Shown one piece after another: positions 17,718 to 27,377 of a DNA stretch of 61,231 nt (the stretch's first letter is position 1; each line of letters starts with the position of its first letter). The notes beneath the pieces are model-generated. The model saw only the letters and a list, made by a program, of their open reading frames with translations, did no database searches and was not told the origin of the DNA. This DNA is from an uncultured Bacilli bacterium. Its GTDB lineage: Bacteria; Bacillota_I; Bacilli_A; RF39; UBA660. Location of the stretch: contig CAKOMQ010000005.1 of assembly GCA_934096715.1 (NCBI GenBank), forward strand, positions 1 to 61,231. The letters run 5' to 3'. The translations under genes were made by a program, and so were the position numbers.

Positions 17718-18809
17718 ATGAATTATGAAGATTTTGGAAGCTTGTTTGCTGCAAAAAGAAAAGAGAAGGGTTATACCCAAAAGACTATCGCAGCCGTACT
17801 TCATACAACTGATAAATCAATATCTAGATGGGAGACTAATAAAAGTTTACCAGATATTGATATGATGAAAGTTATTGGAGAAGTATTAGAAATACCATTG
17901 AATAACTTAATAAGATTTAAGATAAATGAAAATGATGATACATATGAAGTATTGATAGATGAACTTCAAGATAAGAATAAAAAATTAAAGAATAAACTTA
18001 GGATATCTTTATTGATATTTTTAATTTTGGTTTTATTCTTAATATTATTTCTATTCTTTGTTTCAACTTTTAATAAATTTAAAGTTTATAATGTTGGACT
18101 TACAGGTGATAACGTACATTCATCTTTTGGTATCTATATAGATACTTATTATGAAAATATTCTAAACCTAGGTCACATTTATGTTGATAATAATCCAGTT
18201 GAAGAAGGCCAAATAAATATCTATGCCATGGATGGTAAGAAAAGGATAAATATTGTAAAGAATGAAGAGTTATCTATAAATGATCAAATAATTCTAAATA
18301 AAGAAGTAGGCGACATGGTAAACTTCAATTATCTTGATAGCCTATACTTAGAACTATATGTCGATGATAAATTGTATACTTCCAAAATAGATTTTATGAA
18401 GAGATTTACCAATAATCAAATTTTCTATTTTAAAAAAAGCTTTAAAACTGACGAATATTCTTTAGATAAAAATAGAAATGAAATAATAAAAATATTAAGT
18501 AGTTTAAATTTTAAAAGTAAAGATAAAGATACTTATGTTAATGAAGAAAAACATTTAAAATATTTGTTAATGCCAAAAAAATTAATATATGAAAAAGAAT
18601 CTGAAAATATAAGTACTAAATACGATTATAATTTTAATTTAAAGTTGTTAGAGGTAAGAAGATTTTCGATTAATGGTAAAGAAAAAATACTACTATCTGA
18701 TTATATCTATGATTTTAAAATGAAAGAATTAATTTGTGAGACAGGATATTGCTCAGATTATCAAAAAGTGATAAATGAGTTAAAACCTTATATTAAGGCG
18801 CTTTCATAG
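17718..18809 (+). CDS. XRE-family HTH regulator with a central TM segment and an extracytoplasmic domain
   Basis: N-terminal KGYTQKTIAAVLHTTDKSISRWETNKSLPDIDMM is HTH_3-like. A TM stretch LLIFLILVLFLILFLFFV follows. Confidence 0.75.
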   Translation: MNYEDFGSLFAAKRKEKGYTQKTIAAVLHTTDKSISRWETNKSLPDIDMMKVIGEVLEIPLNNLIRFKINENDDTYEVLIDELQDKNKKLKNKLRISLLIFLILVLFLILFLFFVSTFNKFKVYNVGLTGDNVHSSFGIYIDTYYENILNLGHIYVDNNPVEEGQINIYAMDGKKRINIVKNEELSINDQIILNKEVGDMVNFNYLDSLYLELYVDDKLYTSKIDFMKRFTNNQIFYFKKSFKTDEYSLDKNRNEIIKILSSLNFKSKDKDTYVNEEKHLKYLLMPKKLIYEKESENISTKYDYNFNLKLLEVRRFSINGKEKILLSDYIYDFKMKELICETGYCSDYQKVINELKPYIKALS

Positions 18810-18844
18810 ACTCTCACTCAGTTCTCGCTGAGTGAGAGTTTTTA
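18810..18844 (+). terminator. Intrinsic terminator
   Basis: 12-bp perfect stem ACTCTCACTCAG / CTGAGTGAGAGT plus TTTTT. Confidence 0.85.
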
Positions 18845-18912
18845 ATCTCGGTCACTATAGGTTGCAATTAATGACAAAATATTTGATAATGAGTTCAGAA
18901 AGGAGAAAAAAA

Positions 18913-19806
18913 GTGGTAAAAAGAAAAATCAATATGGCATTTATTGCTACCGTTGCTACAGTTTGTTTTATACCTAGAGTGGTATCAGCTGAAGTGATCG
19001 AAGGGTCAACATCGGGATCTACAGTTGATAAAATAATTGTTAATAATCAAGGCGTAAAAATAACTCAAACAGATTATAATAATATATTAAAGACACATCC
19101 AGAAGGTTACTTAATGAGTATGTCTCAAGAACAATATGATTATTTAAGACAATTTGATTACTCTAATATAAAATCAGATACTAAGTATATTGAATCTACT
19201 TATAATAAGAATTTGGGAACAACATATGAAAGATATTTAACAAAAGAAGAATACAATAACATTAAAGAAGATGAAGTTAATTCAACTAGAGCTTCAAATT
19301 CAATAGAAACTACTTATAAAGCATTAACAATCAATGTTTCTACAACAACATCTGTTCATAATGTTACTTTAACTTGCAACTGGAAAATTGCACCAGCTTG
19401 TAGATCATTTGATGTTATCGGTGTTAGATTTGTTAATTATGATATAATAGGCGGAAGCCAAAGTGGATTACAAACTTACAAAGTAAATGGAAATTATAAA
19501 TATGTAAGATATTCTGCAACTGGAACAAATATTAAAGTAGATACTACAGGGTACGGAATATCAATGAACTTGGTAAATGATAAAATATCTGAGTTGTATT
19601 TAACAACTGATGTGTCAGGTGTACCAACAAGCAGTACTTCATATGCTATTTACGGGGCTTATCAACATGCCAAAGAAAATGTATCTTTAGCAACATCTAA
19701 AGGATATACAATTGGGCCTGCTGGATTAGGTGGAGTATTTGTATACCCTTATAGTACAGTAACTAAATATGATGGTATGTCAGGTGTAGCAGTAATAGGT
19801 GCTTAA
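18913..19806 (+). CDS. Secreted hypothetical protein
   Basis: SD AGGAGAAAAA before GTG 18913. The track start at 18832 lies inside the upstream terminator. Signal peptide ends VVSA/EV. Confidence 0.65.
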   Translation: MVKRKINMAFIATVATVCFIPRVVSAEVIEGSTSGSTVDKIIVNNQGVKITQTDYNNILKTHPEGYLMSMSQEQYDYLRQFDYSNIKSDTKYIESTYNKNLGTTYERYLTKEEYNNIKEDEVNSTRASNSIETTYKALTINVSTTTSVHNVTLTCNWKIAPACRSFDVIGVRFVNYDIIGGSQSGLQTYKVNGNYKYVRYSATGTNIKVDTTGYGISMNLVNDKISELYLTTDVSGVPTSSTSYAIYGAYQHAKENVSLATSKGYTIGPAGLGGVFVYPYSTVTKYDGMSGVAVIGA

Positions 19807-19825
19807 AAAATTTTTAACGGACAAA

Positions 19826-19920
19826 AATTAAAGGGTCAATTTGTTATAAAGGGTCAAAAATTAAAAGGGTCAACTTAATAATTAAAAGGGTCAAATAAAA
19901 GGACAATAATAGGGTCAATT
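19826..19920 (+). repeat. Five direct AAAGGGTCAA-type repeats (iteron-like)
   Basis: GGGTCAA at 19833, 19851, 19867, 19888 and 19912 (spacings 18, 16, 21, 24 nt), each preceded by an A-run. Confidence 0.8.
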
Positions 19921-20507
19921 TTAAAATTCGTAACGTAATATATAAACTTAATTAAAATATTAGATATAAAGTAAGTAATGTATTATATATAAAATAAAAT
20001 TTAACTATAATATAAACTTAATTAATAAATCCAATTTCATAATGCCTTAATATGTTACTTATAATATCTAATTAAATCGTGTTTTGTATGTTACACGTTA
20101 AAGAAATATACATGCTAAGTTATCGTTACTTGTTTTTTACTCAAAACAAAGTAACTTAAATTAATGGTTTGATTATTCCAAAAAAATAATCGAAAATTTA
20201 CGACAAGTGATTATTGATTGATTTAATTATGAGGATATCAAAAATAAAAAATATAGAGAGAAAAATAGGGCAAGCAAGGCTTGTCAACAAATCATCAAAC
20301 CTACAAGATATATAGTAATTAAATAAGTTAATAAAAATGCGTTGGAAAGTGCAATATTATTTTGATATTGTACTTTTTTGTCTTATAAGAAAGTTCATAA
20401 AAACCATTTGAAAATATTTGTAAATGTATTTCACTCCAAAAATTCATGTCAAAATATATTATTAATTTCTCTAGATATTTAACTTATATTTTGATAGAAT
20501 TAATGAT

Positions 20508-21713
20508 GTGATAAGTATGAGAGTAAAAATAGAAAAAATAGATGATTTTGGTAGGGGTATAAGTTATATTGATGATAAGATAACATTTATACCCAAGACT
20601 GTACCGGGGGATACTGTTGATGCATCCGTAGTAATTGATAAGAAAAAGTATAATGTTGCAAAAGTTAATGAGATTATAGATAAGTCAAAAAATAGGATTG
20701 ATAGTATTTGTCCATTTTATTTAGAATGTGGTGGTTGTTCTATGCAAAATTTAGAGTATCGCATCGAACTAGAATATAAACTAGATAAGATTAATAACTT
20801 ACTTAGGAAAAACAAGATAGATTATCAAGTTAATAAAATTATTAAGAGTAAGAAAAGATTTAATTATCGTAATAAGATATCTTTGAAAATAGAAAACGGA
20901 CATGTTGGTTATTATGAAGAATTAACTCATAATTTGATTGAAATTAATAATTGTGATTTAGTATGTAAAGCGATTAATGATATAGTAAAAGATATAGATA
21001 CTCTAGAAATTAAAAGTGGCACAATGATAATAAGAAGTAATTATAAAAATGAATTGTTATTAATAATTGATACCGATAGTTATAATAAGAATGGATTAAA
21101 ATTACTAATTGATAGATACAAAATAGCAGGCATTATTTTAAATAAAAAGTGTATTCATGGAGTAGATTTCTTTGTTGATAAAATAGGAGAATATTTATTT
21201 AAAATATCTTATAATTCATTCTTTCAAGTTAATAGGTACACCTGTAGTGAGTTATTTGATTTGGTAAATGAATATACAAAAGATAGTAAAAATGTAATTG
21301 ACTTATATTGTGGGGTAGGAACATTAGGTATAGTAGCTAAAAATAATTGTGAACATGTATTAGGTGTTGAGATAGTAGATAACGCTATATACAATGCCAA
21401 AACAAACTCCATTATGAATAATGTTACAAATATAGACTTTGTTTGTTCTGATACAAATAAAATAGTTGATTTTATTAAAGACAGCGATTTTGTAATAGTT
21501 GATCCACCTAGAAGTGGCTTAACTGATAAAGTAATAGATGCTATAAAAAAATATAAGGTTGATAAAATACTTTATGTATCATGTGACCCCAATACTTTAG
21601 TAAGAGATTTAAAAAGTTTATTAGAAGATTATGATATTACAGATTATAAATTATTGGATATGTTTCCTGGTACATATCATGTTGAATCAATTTGTATTTT
21701 AGAAAGAAAGTAG
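20508..21713 (+). CDS. 23S rRNA (uracil-5-)-methyltransferase, RumA/RlmD family
   Basis: TRAM-like N-terminus, Fe-S motif CPFYLECGGCSMQ, SAM motif DLYCGVGT, and the catalytic region YVSCDP. Confidence 0.88.
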   Translation: MISMRVKIEKIDDFGRGISYIDDKITFIPKTVPGDTVDASVVIDKKKYNVAKVNEIIDKSKNRIDSICPFYLECGGCSMQNLEYRIELEYKLDKINNLLRKNKIDYQVNKIIKSKKRFNYRNKISLKIENGHVGYYEELTHNLIEINNCDLVCKAINDIVKDIDTLEIKSGTMIIRSNYKNELLLIIDTDSYNKNGLKLLIDRYKIAGIILNKKCIHGVDFFVDKIGEYLFKISYNSFFQVNRYTCSELFDLVNEYTKDSKNVIDLYCGVGTLGIVAKNNCEHVLGVEIVDNAIYNAKTNSIMNNVTNIDFVCSDTNKIVDFIKDSDFVIVDPPRSGLTDKVIDAIKKYKVDKILYVSCDPNTLVRDLKSLLEDYDITDYKLLDMFPGTYHVESICILERK

Positions 21714-21785
21714 ATTTACTGATTGAAATAAAATTAAATGTTATAATTAGATTAGTTCTAATATTAAAAAGCAAGGATGAAATTT

Positions 21786-22106
21786 ATGGAAAAAAATTAT
21801 AATAAATTAGTTAGAGATAATATTCCGGATATAATTAGAAGTAATGGTGAAACACCAGTAACAAAAATACTAGATAATACTGAATATAAAAAAGAACTAG
21901 AAGCTAAATTGAATGAAGAATATTTGGAAGTTATTGAATCAAGTGGCAAAAGTAGAATTGAAGAACTTGGTGATATGCTTGAAGTAATAAAAGCTTTGGC
22001 AGAACTAGAAAATAGCAGTTTAGATGAAGTTATAGAAGTAAGAAAAGAAAAATGTTTAAAACGTGGTGGGTTTAGTAAAAGAATATACCTTATAAAGACA
22101 AAATAA
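21786..22106 (+). CDS. MazG-like nucleotide pyrophosphohydrolase family protein
   Basis: NKLVRDNIPDII...EELGDMLEVIKALAE pattern. Confidence 0.6.
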   Translation: MEKNYNKLVRDNIPDIIRSNGETPVTKILDNTEYKKELEAKLNEEYLEVIESSGKSRIEELGDMLEVIKALAELENSSLDEVIEVRKEKCLKRGGFSKRIYLIKTK

Positions 22107-22271
22107 TAAATATAAATAGAAGTGTATGGCGCGCCGCTTAAAATTTGTACACTAGGAAGATGTTTTAAAAATGAAGAAAAAATAGGAGATAGTCTTAGAT
22201 GAAAATAAATGAAAATAAGAAACAGTTTATGAAATATACAAATAAAGTTATTAAGTTAGAAAGGAAGGTTA

Positions 22272-22883
22272 ATGAATATGCCTAAGTGGGAAACTCATCT
22301 AAAATTTGGTAATAAACTAAATGATTATTTTAAATATCAAGGATTAGATTTAGAACTGTTTTTGCTAGGTAATATCTTACCTGATATTAATAACGCTTAT
22401 TTAGTAAAAGATATTAAAACCATTTTAAGTCATCAAGTTACTCATTTTATAAGTGATGATCATATGAATCATTTGAAGTTCTATAATAAGTATAAAGAAT
22501 ATATGAATAGTCCATTATTAAGAGGATATTTTGCTCATCTATATCTAGATTATTATTTTAATAATGATTATTATAGTAAGATAAAATATACTGATGATAT
22601 GGATTATTTAAGACACAGAAAGCAAGATGATTTTGATGTATTCAATAACAGGTTTATTAATAACAAGCTTGTGTTAAATTACTTGGATAATGATATAAAA
22701 GAATCTAAAATTATTAAAGAAATAGATATTACAAAAGAAGATTTAATTAACGTTGAGAATTATCTAAATAATAATAAAGTTCCAAGTAAGAAAGAATATA
22801 GTTTTTATAATGATGATTTACTTAATAAACTATTTAATGAAGCTTTAACTAGTATTGAAAGTATATATAAAGATTTATTGTAA
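22272..22883 (+). CDS. Hypothetical protein
   Basis: 203-aa ORF with SD AAAGGAAGG upstream. No motif recognised. Confidence 0.5.
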   Translation: MNMPKWETHLKFGNKLNDYFKYQGLDLELFLLGNILPDINNAYLVKDIKTILSHQVTHFISDDHMNHLKFYNKYKEYMNSPLLRGYFAHLYLDYYFNNDYYSKIKYTDDMDYLRHRKQDDFDVFNNRFINNKLVLNYLDNDIKESKIIKEIDITKEDLINVENYLNNNKVPSKKEYSFYNDDLLNKLFNEALTSIESIYKDLL

Positions 22884-22957
22884 ATAATTGTAAAAGATAG
22901 AGAATATATATTCTTTATCTTTTTTAAATATGTTAAAGTTAAATTAGGAGTGATATT

Positions 22958-23683
22958 ATGTTTATAAGTGATGAACCAATTCATATTAATGCAGAAATTG
23001 GAAGTATATCTGAACTTGTTTTAATGCCAGGAGATCCATTAAGAGCTAAGTATATAGCAGAGAACTTCTTGGATGATGCTAAAATGGTATGTAATTTAAG
23101 GAATATGCTTGGATATACAGGTTTTTATAAAGGAGTAAGGGTGAGTGTTATTGGTAGTGGTATGGGTATGCCATCAATGGGAATATACTCATGGGAGTTA
23201 TATCATTACTTTAATGTTAAAAAGATTATTCGTATTGGTACATGTGGCGCAGTAAGTAAAGATGTTGAAATTAAAGATTTAATACTTGCTAGTAATGTTT
23301 ATAGTGAATCTAATTTTGCTTATACTTATAATGATTATAAAGAGCATTTAGTGTATCCTAGTATGGATTTTAATAATAAAATAATAGAAACAGCTAATAA
23401 ATTAAAATATAAATTACATGTTGGTACAGTGTGTACAATGGATGTTTTTGGACCTTACATAGACTATGACAGGGTTCTTAATAGAATTCCAAAAGAATTA
23501 AATGTTATTGGAGAAGAAATGGAAGCATTTGCATTATGCCATATTGCAAATAGTTTTAAAAGAGAAGCTGCATGTATAATTACAGTAGTTGATTCCAAGT
23601 ATAGTGATGTTATTATTTCCGGTGAAGAAAGAGAAAAAAGTTTAAATGAAATGATAACTTTAGCTTTAGAATCCCTTATTTAA
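22958..23683 (+). CDS. deoD: Purine nucleoside phosphorylase, DeoD type
   Basis: LMPGDPLRAKYIAENFL and GMGMPS closely match DeoD. Confidence 0.92.
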   Translation: MFISDEPIHINAEIGSISELVLMPGDPLRAKYIAENFLDDAKMVCNLRNMLGYTGFYKGVRVSVIGSGMGMPSMGIYSWELYHYFNVKKIIRIGTCGAVSKDVEIKDLILASNVYSESNFAYTYNDYKEHLVYPSMDFNNKIIETANKLKYKLHVGTVCTMDVFGPYIDYDRVLNRIPKELNVIGEEMEAFALCHIANSFKREAACIITVVDSKYSDVIISGEEREKSLNEMITLALESLI

Positions 23684-23793
23684 AGGGTTTTTTTATTGAA
23701 TATTTTTTGATACGAACGAATGTACTAAAAACTATTGACAAGCCATTTTTTTTATTATACAATTAGAATGTCAGAGAATAAAGGAGAAAAAAT

Positions 23794-24840
23794 ATGGCAA
23801 AAGGTAAAGAATTAAAAGATGTAGTAAATAAAGATAAAGCACTTGAACAAGTATTAAAAGATATTGAAAAACAATTTGGTGCAGGTGCTATTATGAAATT
23901 AGGGGCTGACGATCATATTAAGATAGATGTAACAAGTAGTGGTTCTATTGCACTAGATGCTGCTTTAGGTGTTGGGGGATTTCCAAAAGGTAGAATTATA
24001 GAAATATATGGACCTGAATCAAGTGGTAAAACGACAATTGCTCTTCAAGCTATAGCAGCTGCTCAAAAAAAGGGTGGAAGAGCTGCATTCATAGATGCAG
24101 AACATGCACTTGATCCAGTTTATGCAAAAAATTTAGGAGTTAACATTAATGACTTACTATTATCTCAACCAGATACAGGAGAACAAGCATTAGAAATTTG
24201 TGATGCTCTTGTTAAAAGTGAAGCTATTGATTTAATTGTAATTGATTCAGTAGCGGCTTTAGTGCCACAAGCAGAAATTGATGGGGAAATGGGGGATAGT
24301 CATGTCGGATTACAAGCAAGACTAATGTCTCAAGCATTAAGAAAACTTTCTGGTAATTTAAATAAAACAAATACAACTTGCATTTTTATAAATCAATTAC
24401 GTGAGAAAGTGGGTATTATGTTTGGTAATCCAGAAACAACTCCAGGTGGTAGAGCATTAAAGTTTTATTCATCAGTTAGACTAGATATTCGAAAAGGAGA
24501 ACAAATAAAACAAGGTGACACTGTTATTGGTAACAAAACAAATATCAAAGTTGTTAAAAATAAAGTGGCACCACCATTTAAAACTGCCACAGTAGATATA
24601 ATGTATGGTAGTGGAATATCTAAAGAAGGAGAACTTCTTGACATAGGAAGTGACTTAGGTATTGTTGATAAAAGTGGAGCATGGTATGCTTATAATGGAG
24701 AAAAAATTGGTCAAGGTAAAGAAAACGCTAAAGAATACTTAAGAAACAATCCTGAAATAAGAGAAGAAATATCTAATAAAATTTATAGTCATTTTACTGA
24801 TAAAGATGAAATGGAAGAAGAAACAAATGAAGAAGAGTAA
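23794..24840 (+). CDS. recA: Recombinase A
   Basis: GPESSGKTT Walker [10 protein letters not shown], and the L1/L2 loop regions. Confidence 0.99.
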   Translation: MAKGKELKDVVNKDKALEQVLKDIEKQFGAGAIMKLGADDHIKIDVTSSGSIALDAALGVGGFPKGRIIEIYGPESSGKTTIALQAIAAAQKKGGRAAFIDAEHALDPVYAKNLGVNINDLLLSQPDTGEQALEICDALVKSEAIDLIVIDSVAALVPQAEIDGEMGDSHVGLQARLMSQALRKLSGNLNKTNTTCIFINQLREKVGIMFGNPETTPGGRALKFYSSVRLDIRKGEQIKQGDTVIGNKTNIKVVKNKVAPPFKTATVDIMYGSGISKEGELLDIGSDLGIVDKSGAWYAYNGEKIGQGKENAKEYLRNNPEIREEISNKIYSHFTDKDEMEEETNEEE

Positions 24841-25076
24841 AATCTTCTTCGTTTTTATTTCAAAATATCATTTTTTTTCTGTTAGAAAAGATGAAAATAT
24901 AACAAAACAAATAATAAAATAAATTAATATATTTCCAGTAATTAGATAAATCACTTTACATAAATTGATGTACCTTTAAAAGTTAAACTTGAATAATATA
25001 ACAATTGTGTTTATAATAAAAATATAGATATATTTTAAAAAGATATATTTGTTATTAAATAGATAGGAGGAAGAAA

Positions 25077-26630
25077 ATGGAAAATTTAGCCACTTCCATT
25101 TTACTTCTTTTTGTTGGAGTCTTTGTTGGGGCAATTGTTGTAATAGTTATAAATACAATTAAAGGAAGCAATGCTCAAAATAAAGCTAATAAATTATTAG
25201 AAAATGCAAAAAAAGACGCTGAAAAGCAAAAAAGAGATGCAATTCTTGAGTTAAAAGAAGAATCTTATAAATTAAAACAGCTAACTGATATAGAAATTAA
25301 AGAAAAAAAATCAGAGATTAAAGATAGTGAAGAAAGACTTCTAGCACGTGAAAATAGCTTAGATAAAAGAGAAGAAATGTTGCAAAAAAGAGACTCTTCA
25401 CTAGAAGATAAAGAAAATAATTTGTTGGCTAAACAAAAAAGCTTACAAGAAAAAGAAGAAAAAATGGATAATCTAATTAAAGAAGAATTAGAAAAACTAG
25501 AAAAGATTTCTGGTATGAGTAAAGAAAAAGCCCATGATTTAATTATGGCTAGAGTTGAATCAGAAATGGCTTTAGAAATTACTGAATATATTCGTGATGA
25601 AGAAGCAAAAGCAAAATTAATTGCTAATGAAACTGCTAAGAATTTGATTGTTAATAGTATGGAAAGATATGCAGATGATGTTGTAGGAATGCAAACTGTC
25701 TCAACAATTGAGTTACCAAATGATGAAATGAAAGGTAGATTAATTGGTAGAGAAGGTAGAAATATTCGTACAATTGAATCAGTAACAGGAGTGGATTTGA
25801 TAATTGATGATACTCCAGAAGCTATAGTAATATCTTCATTCGATCCATTAAGAAGAGAAATAGCTAAAATAACAATTGAAACTTTAATTAAAGATGGAAG
25901 AATTCATCCAGCTAGAATTGAAGAAATATATGATAAGACTTGTAAAGATATGAATAACAAGATTACTGAAATTGGATCAAATACAATTAATGATTTAGGT
26001 ATTGCTAAAATGGATCCTGAATTAATTAATCTAATAGGAAAATTAAATTTTAGAACAAGTTATGGACAAAATGCCCTAAAACATTCAATTGAAGTTGCTA
26101 ATCTATGTGGATTAATGGCTAGTGAACTTGGTGAAAATGTTACTCTTGCTAAACGTGCTGGACTTTTACATGATATAGGTAAATCTATTGACTTTGAAGT
26201 CGAAGGAAGTCATGTTGAAATAGGAGAACAAATAGCTAAGAAATATCATGAAAACAAGGTAGTGCTTGATGCTATCGCGTCACATCATGGTAATGTTGAA
26301 CCTAAAAGTATTATTGCAGTGTTAGTAAGTGTTGCAGATTCATTATCTGCTGCTAGACCTGGTGCTAGAAATGATTCATTAGAAAACTACATTAAGAGAC
26401 TTGAACAACTTGAAGAAATTGGAAACTCATTTGATGGAGTTGAAAAGACTTTTGCAATGCAAGCGGGTAGAGAAGTTCGTGTTATGGTTAAACCTGATGA
26501 AGTAGATGATTTAAATAGTTACAAAATTGCTAGAGAAATGAAAAATAAAATAGAAAAAGAAATGCAATATCCTGGTACCATTAAAATCACAGTTATTCGT
26601 GAAACTAGAGCACAAGAAGAAGCAAAATAA
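25077..26630 (+). CDS. rny: Ribonuclease Y
   Basis: N-terminal TM segment, coiled coil, KH domain (GREGRNIRTIE), HD domain (LLHDIGK). Follows recA, as in other Firmicutes. Confidence 0.96.
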   Translation: MENLATSILLLFVGVFVGAIVVIVINTIKGSNAQNKANKLLENAKKDAEKQKRDAILELKEESYKLKQLTDIEIKEKKSEIKDSEERLLARENSLDKREEMLQKRDSSLEDKENNLLAKQKSLQEKEEKMDNLIKEELEKLEKISGMSKEKAHDLIMARVESEMALEITEYIRDEEAKAKLIANETAKNLIVNSMERYADDVVGMQTVSTIELPNDEMKGRLIGREGRNIRTIESVTGVDLIIDDTPEAIVISSFDPLRREIAKITIETLIKDGRIHPARIEEIYDKTCKDMNNKITEIGSNTINDLGIAKMDPELINLIGKLNFRTSYGQNALKHSIEVANLCGLMASELGENVTLAKRAGLLHDIGKSIDFEVEGSHVEIGEQIAKKYHENKVVLDAIASHHGNVEPKSIIAVLVSVADSLSAARPGARNDSLENYIKRLEQLEEIGNSFDGVEKTFAMQAGREVRVMVKPDEVDDLNSYKIAREMKNKIEKEMQYPGTIKITVIRETRAQEEAK

Positions 26631-26638
26631 AAAAAAGA

Positions 26639-27232
26639 TTACTTCGATTTTGAAGTAGTCTTTTTGCTTGTATTATTTTTCCTAGGAGAATTACTTTTTT
26701 TAGCTGGAGTATTTTTCTTGCTTACACTTGATTTATTATTATTTTTAGAATTATTATTCTTCTTAACTGTATTTGAAGCACCATTATTTTTTCTATTATT
26801 AGAAGTATTCTTTTTAACATTGTTCTTCTTACTATTACTATTACTTTTCTTAGTTTTAGTATTATTCTTCTTTACAGGTGTTTTTTCTTCTTCAACTTTA
26901 ATTTCTTTTGTTGAAGGAGTGTTGTTAACTACAGGCTTTTCAACACTTTCTTTTTTGTTGATAACTTTATTAGTTTCAACATCTTCTTTTTTAGGTAACT
27001 TTTCATAAATGAATTCAGCCACTATATGATAATATTTTTTAGTAAAAGCAATTATTTTATTAGAAGTATCATTTAACCAGTTTATATATTTATTATCATC
27101 AGCTACTTTATTACCAGAGTCATCATAATCTTTATTAAGATTAAATAAAACAAATATTAGAATTCCTAGAGTTAATAGATAAGTTCCTATTAAAACTATG
27201 AATACAATATCAATTGGATCAAAACTTCTCAA
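26639..27232 (-). CDS. Membrane-anchored protein with a K/N/S-rich basic low-complexity tail
   Basis: N-terminal TM segment, then ~100 aa of KKN/NSK low complexity. Convergent with rny. Confidence 0.55.
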   Translation of the reverse strand: MRSFDPIDIVFIVLIGTYLLTLGILIFVLFNLNKDYDDSGNKVADDNKYINWLNDTSNKIIAFTKKYYHIVAEFIYEKLPKKEDVETNKVINKKESVEKPVVNNTPSTKEIKVEEEKTPVKKNNTKTKKSNSNSKKNNVKKNTSNNRKNNGASNTVKKNNNSKNNNKSSVSKKNTPAKKSNSPRKNNTSKKTTSKSK

Positions 27233-27377
27233 AATATCACTTCCCTGTATATGAATTATATAATAAAATCATAAAAAATAATAGTAATTTTTGATACTTT
27301 CTTGACATTTTTTTATTAGACATTATTTAACAATTTCATTATACGTGCTATAATAATAGAGAATAGGAGATGATTTT

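Noticed and set aside
19826-19920. Whether the GGGTCAA array is a CRISPR array.
   Set aside because: The repeats are only ~10 nt long, the spacers are 9-17 nt and irregular, and there are no cas genes. This is not CRISPR-like.
22128-22135. A GGCGCGCC octamer flanked by AGTGTA/TACACT in the AT-rich spacer after the MazG-like gene.
   Set aside because: It is an isolated short GC palindrome that may contribute to a weak terminator. It does not recur and has no associated ORF. The overlapping 28-codon ORF (22199-22285) has no support.
26664-27008. A 114-aa plus-strand ORF rich in L/F.
   Set aside because: It is the mirror image of the K/N-rich low-complexity tail of the minus-strand gene 26639-27232. 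That minus-strand gene has a proper N-terminal TM segment and start context.
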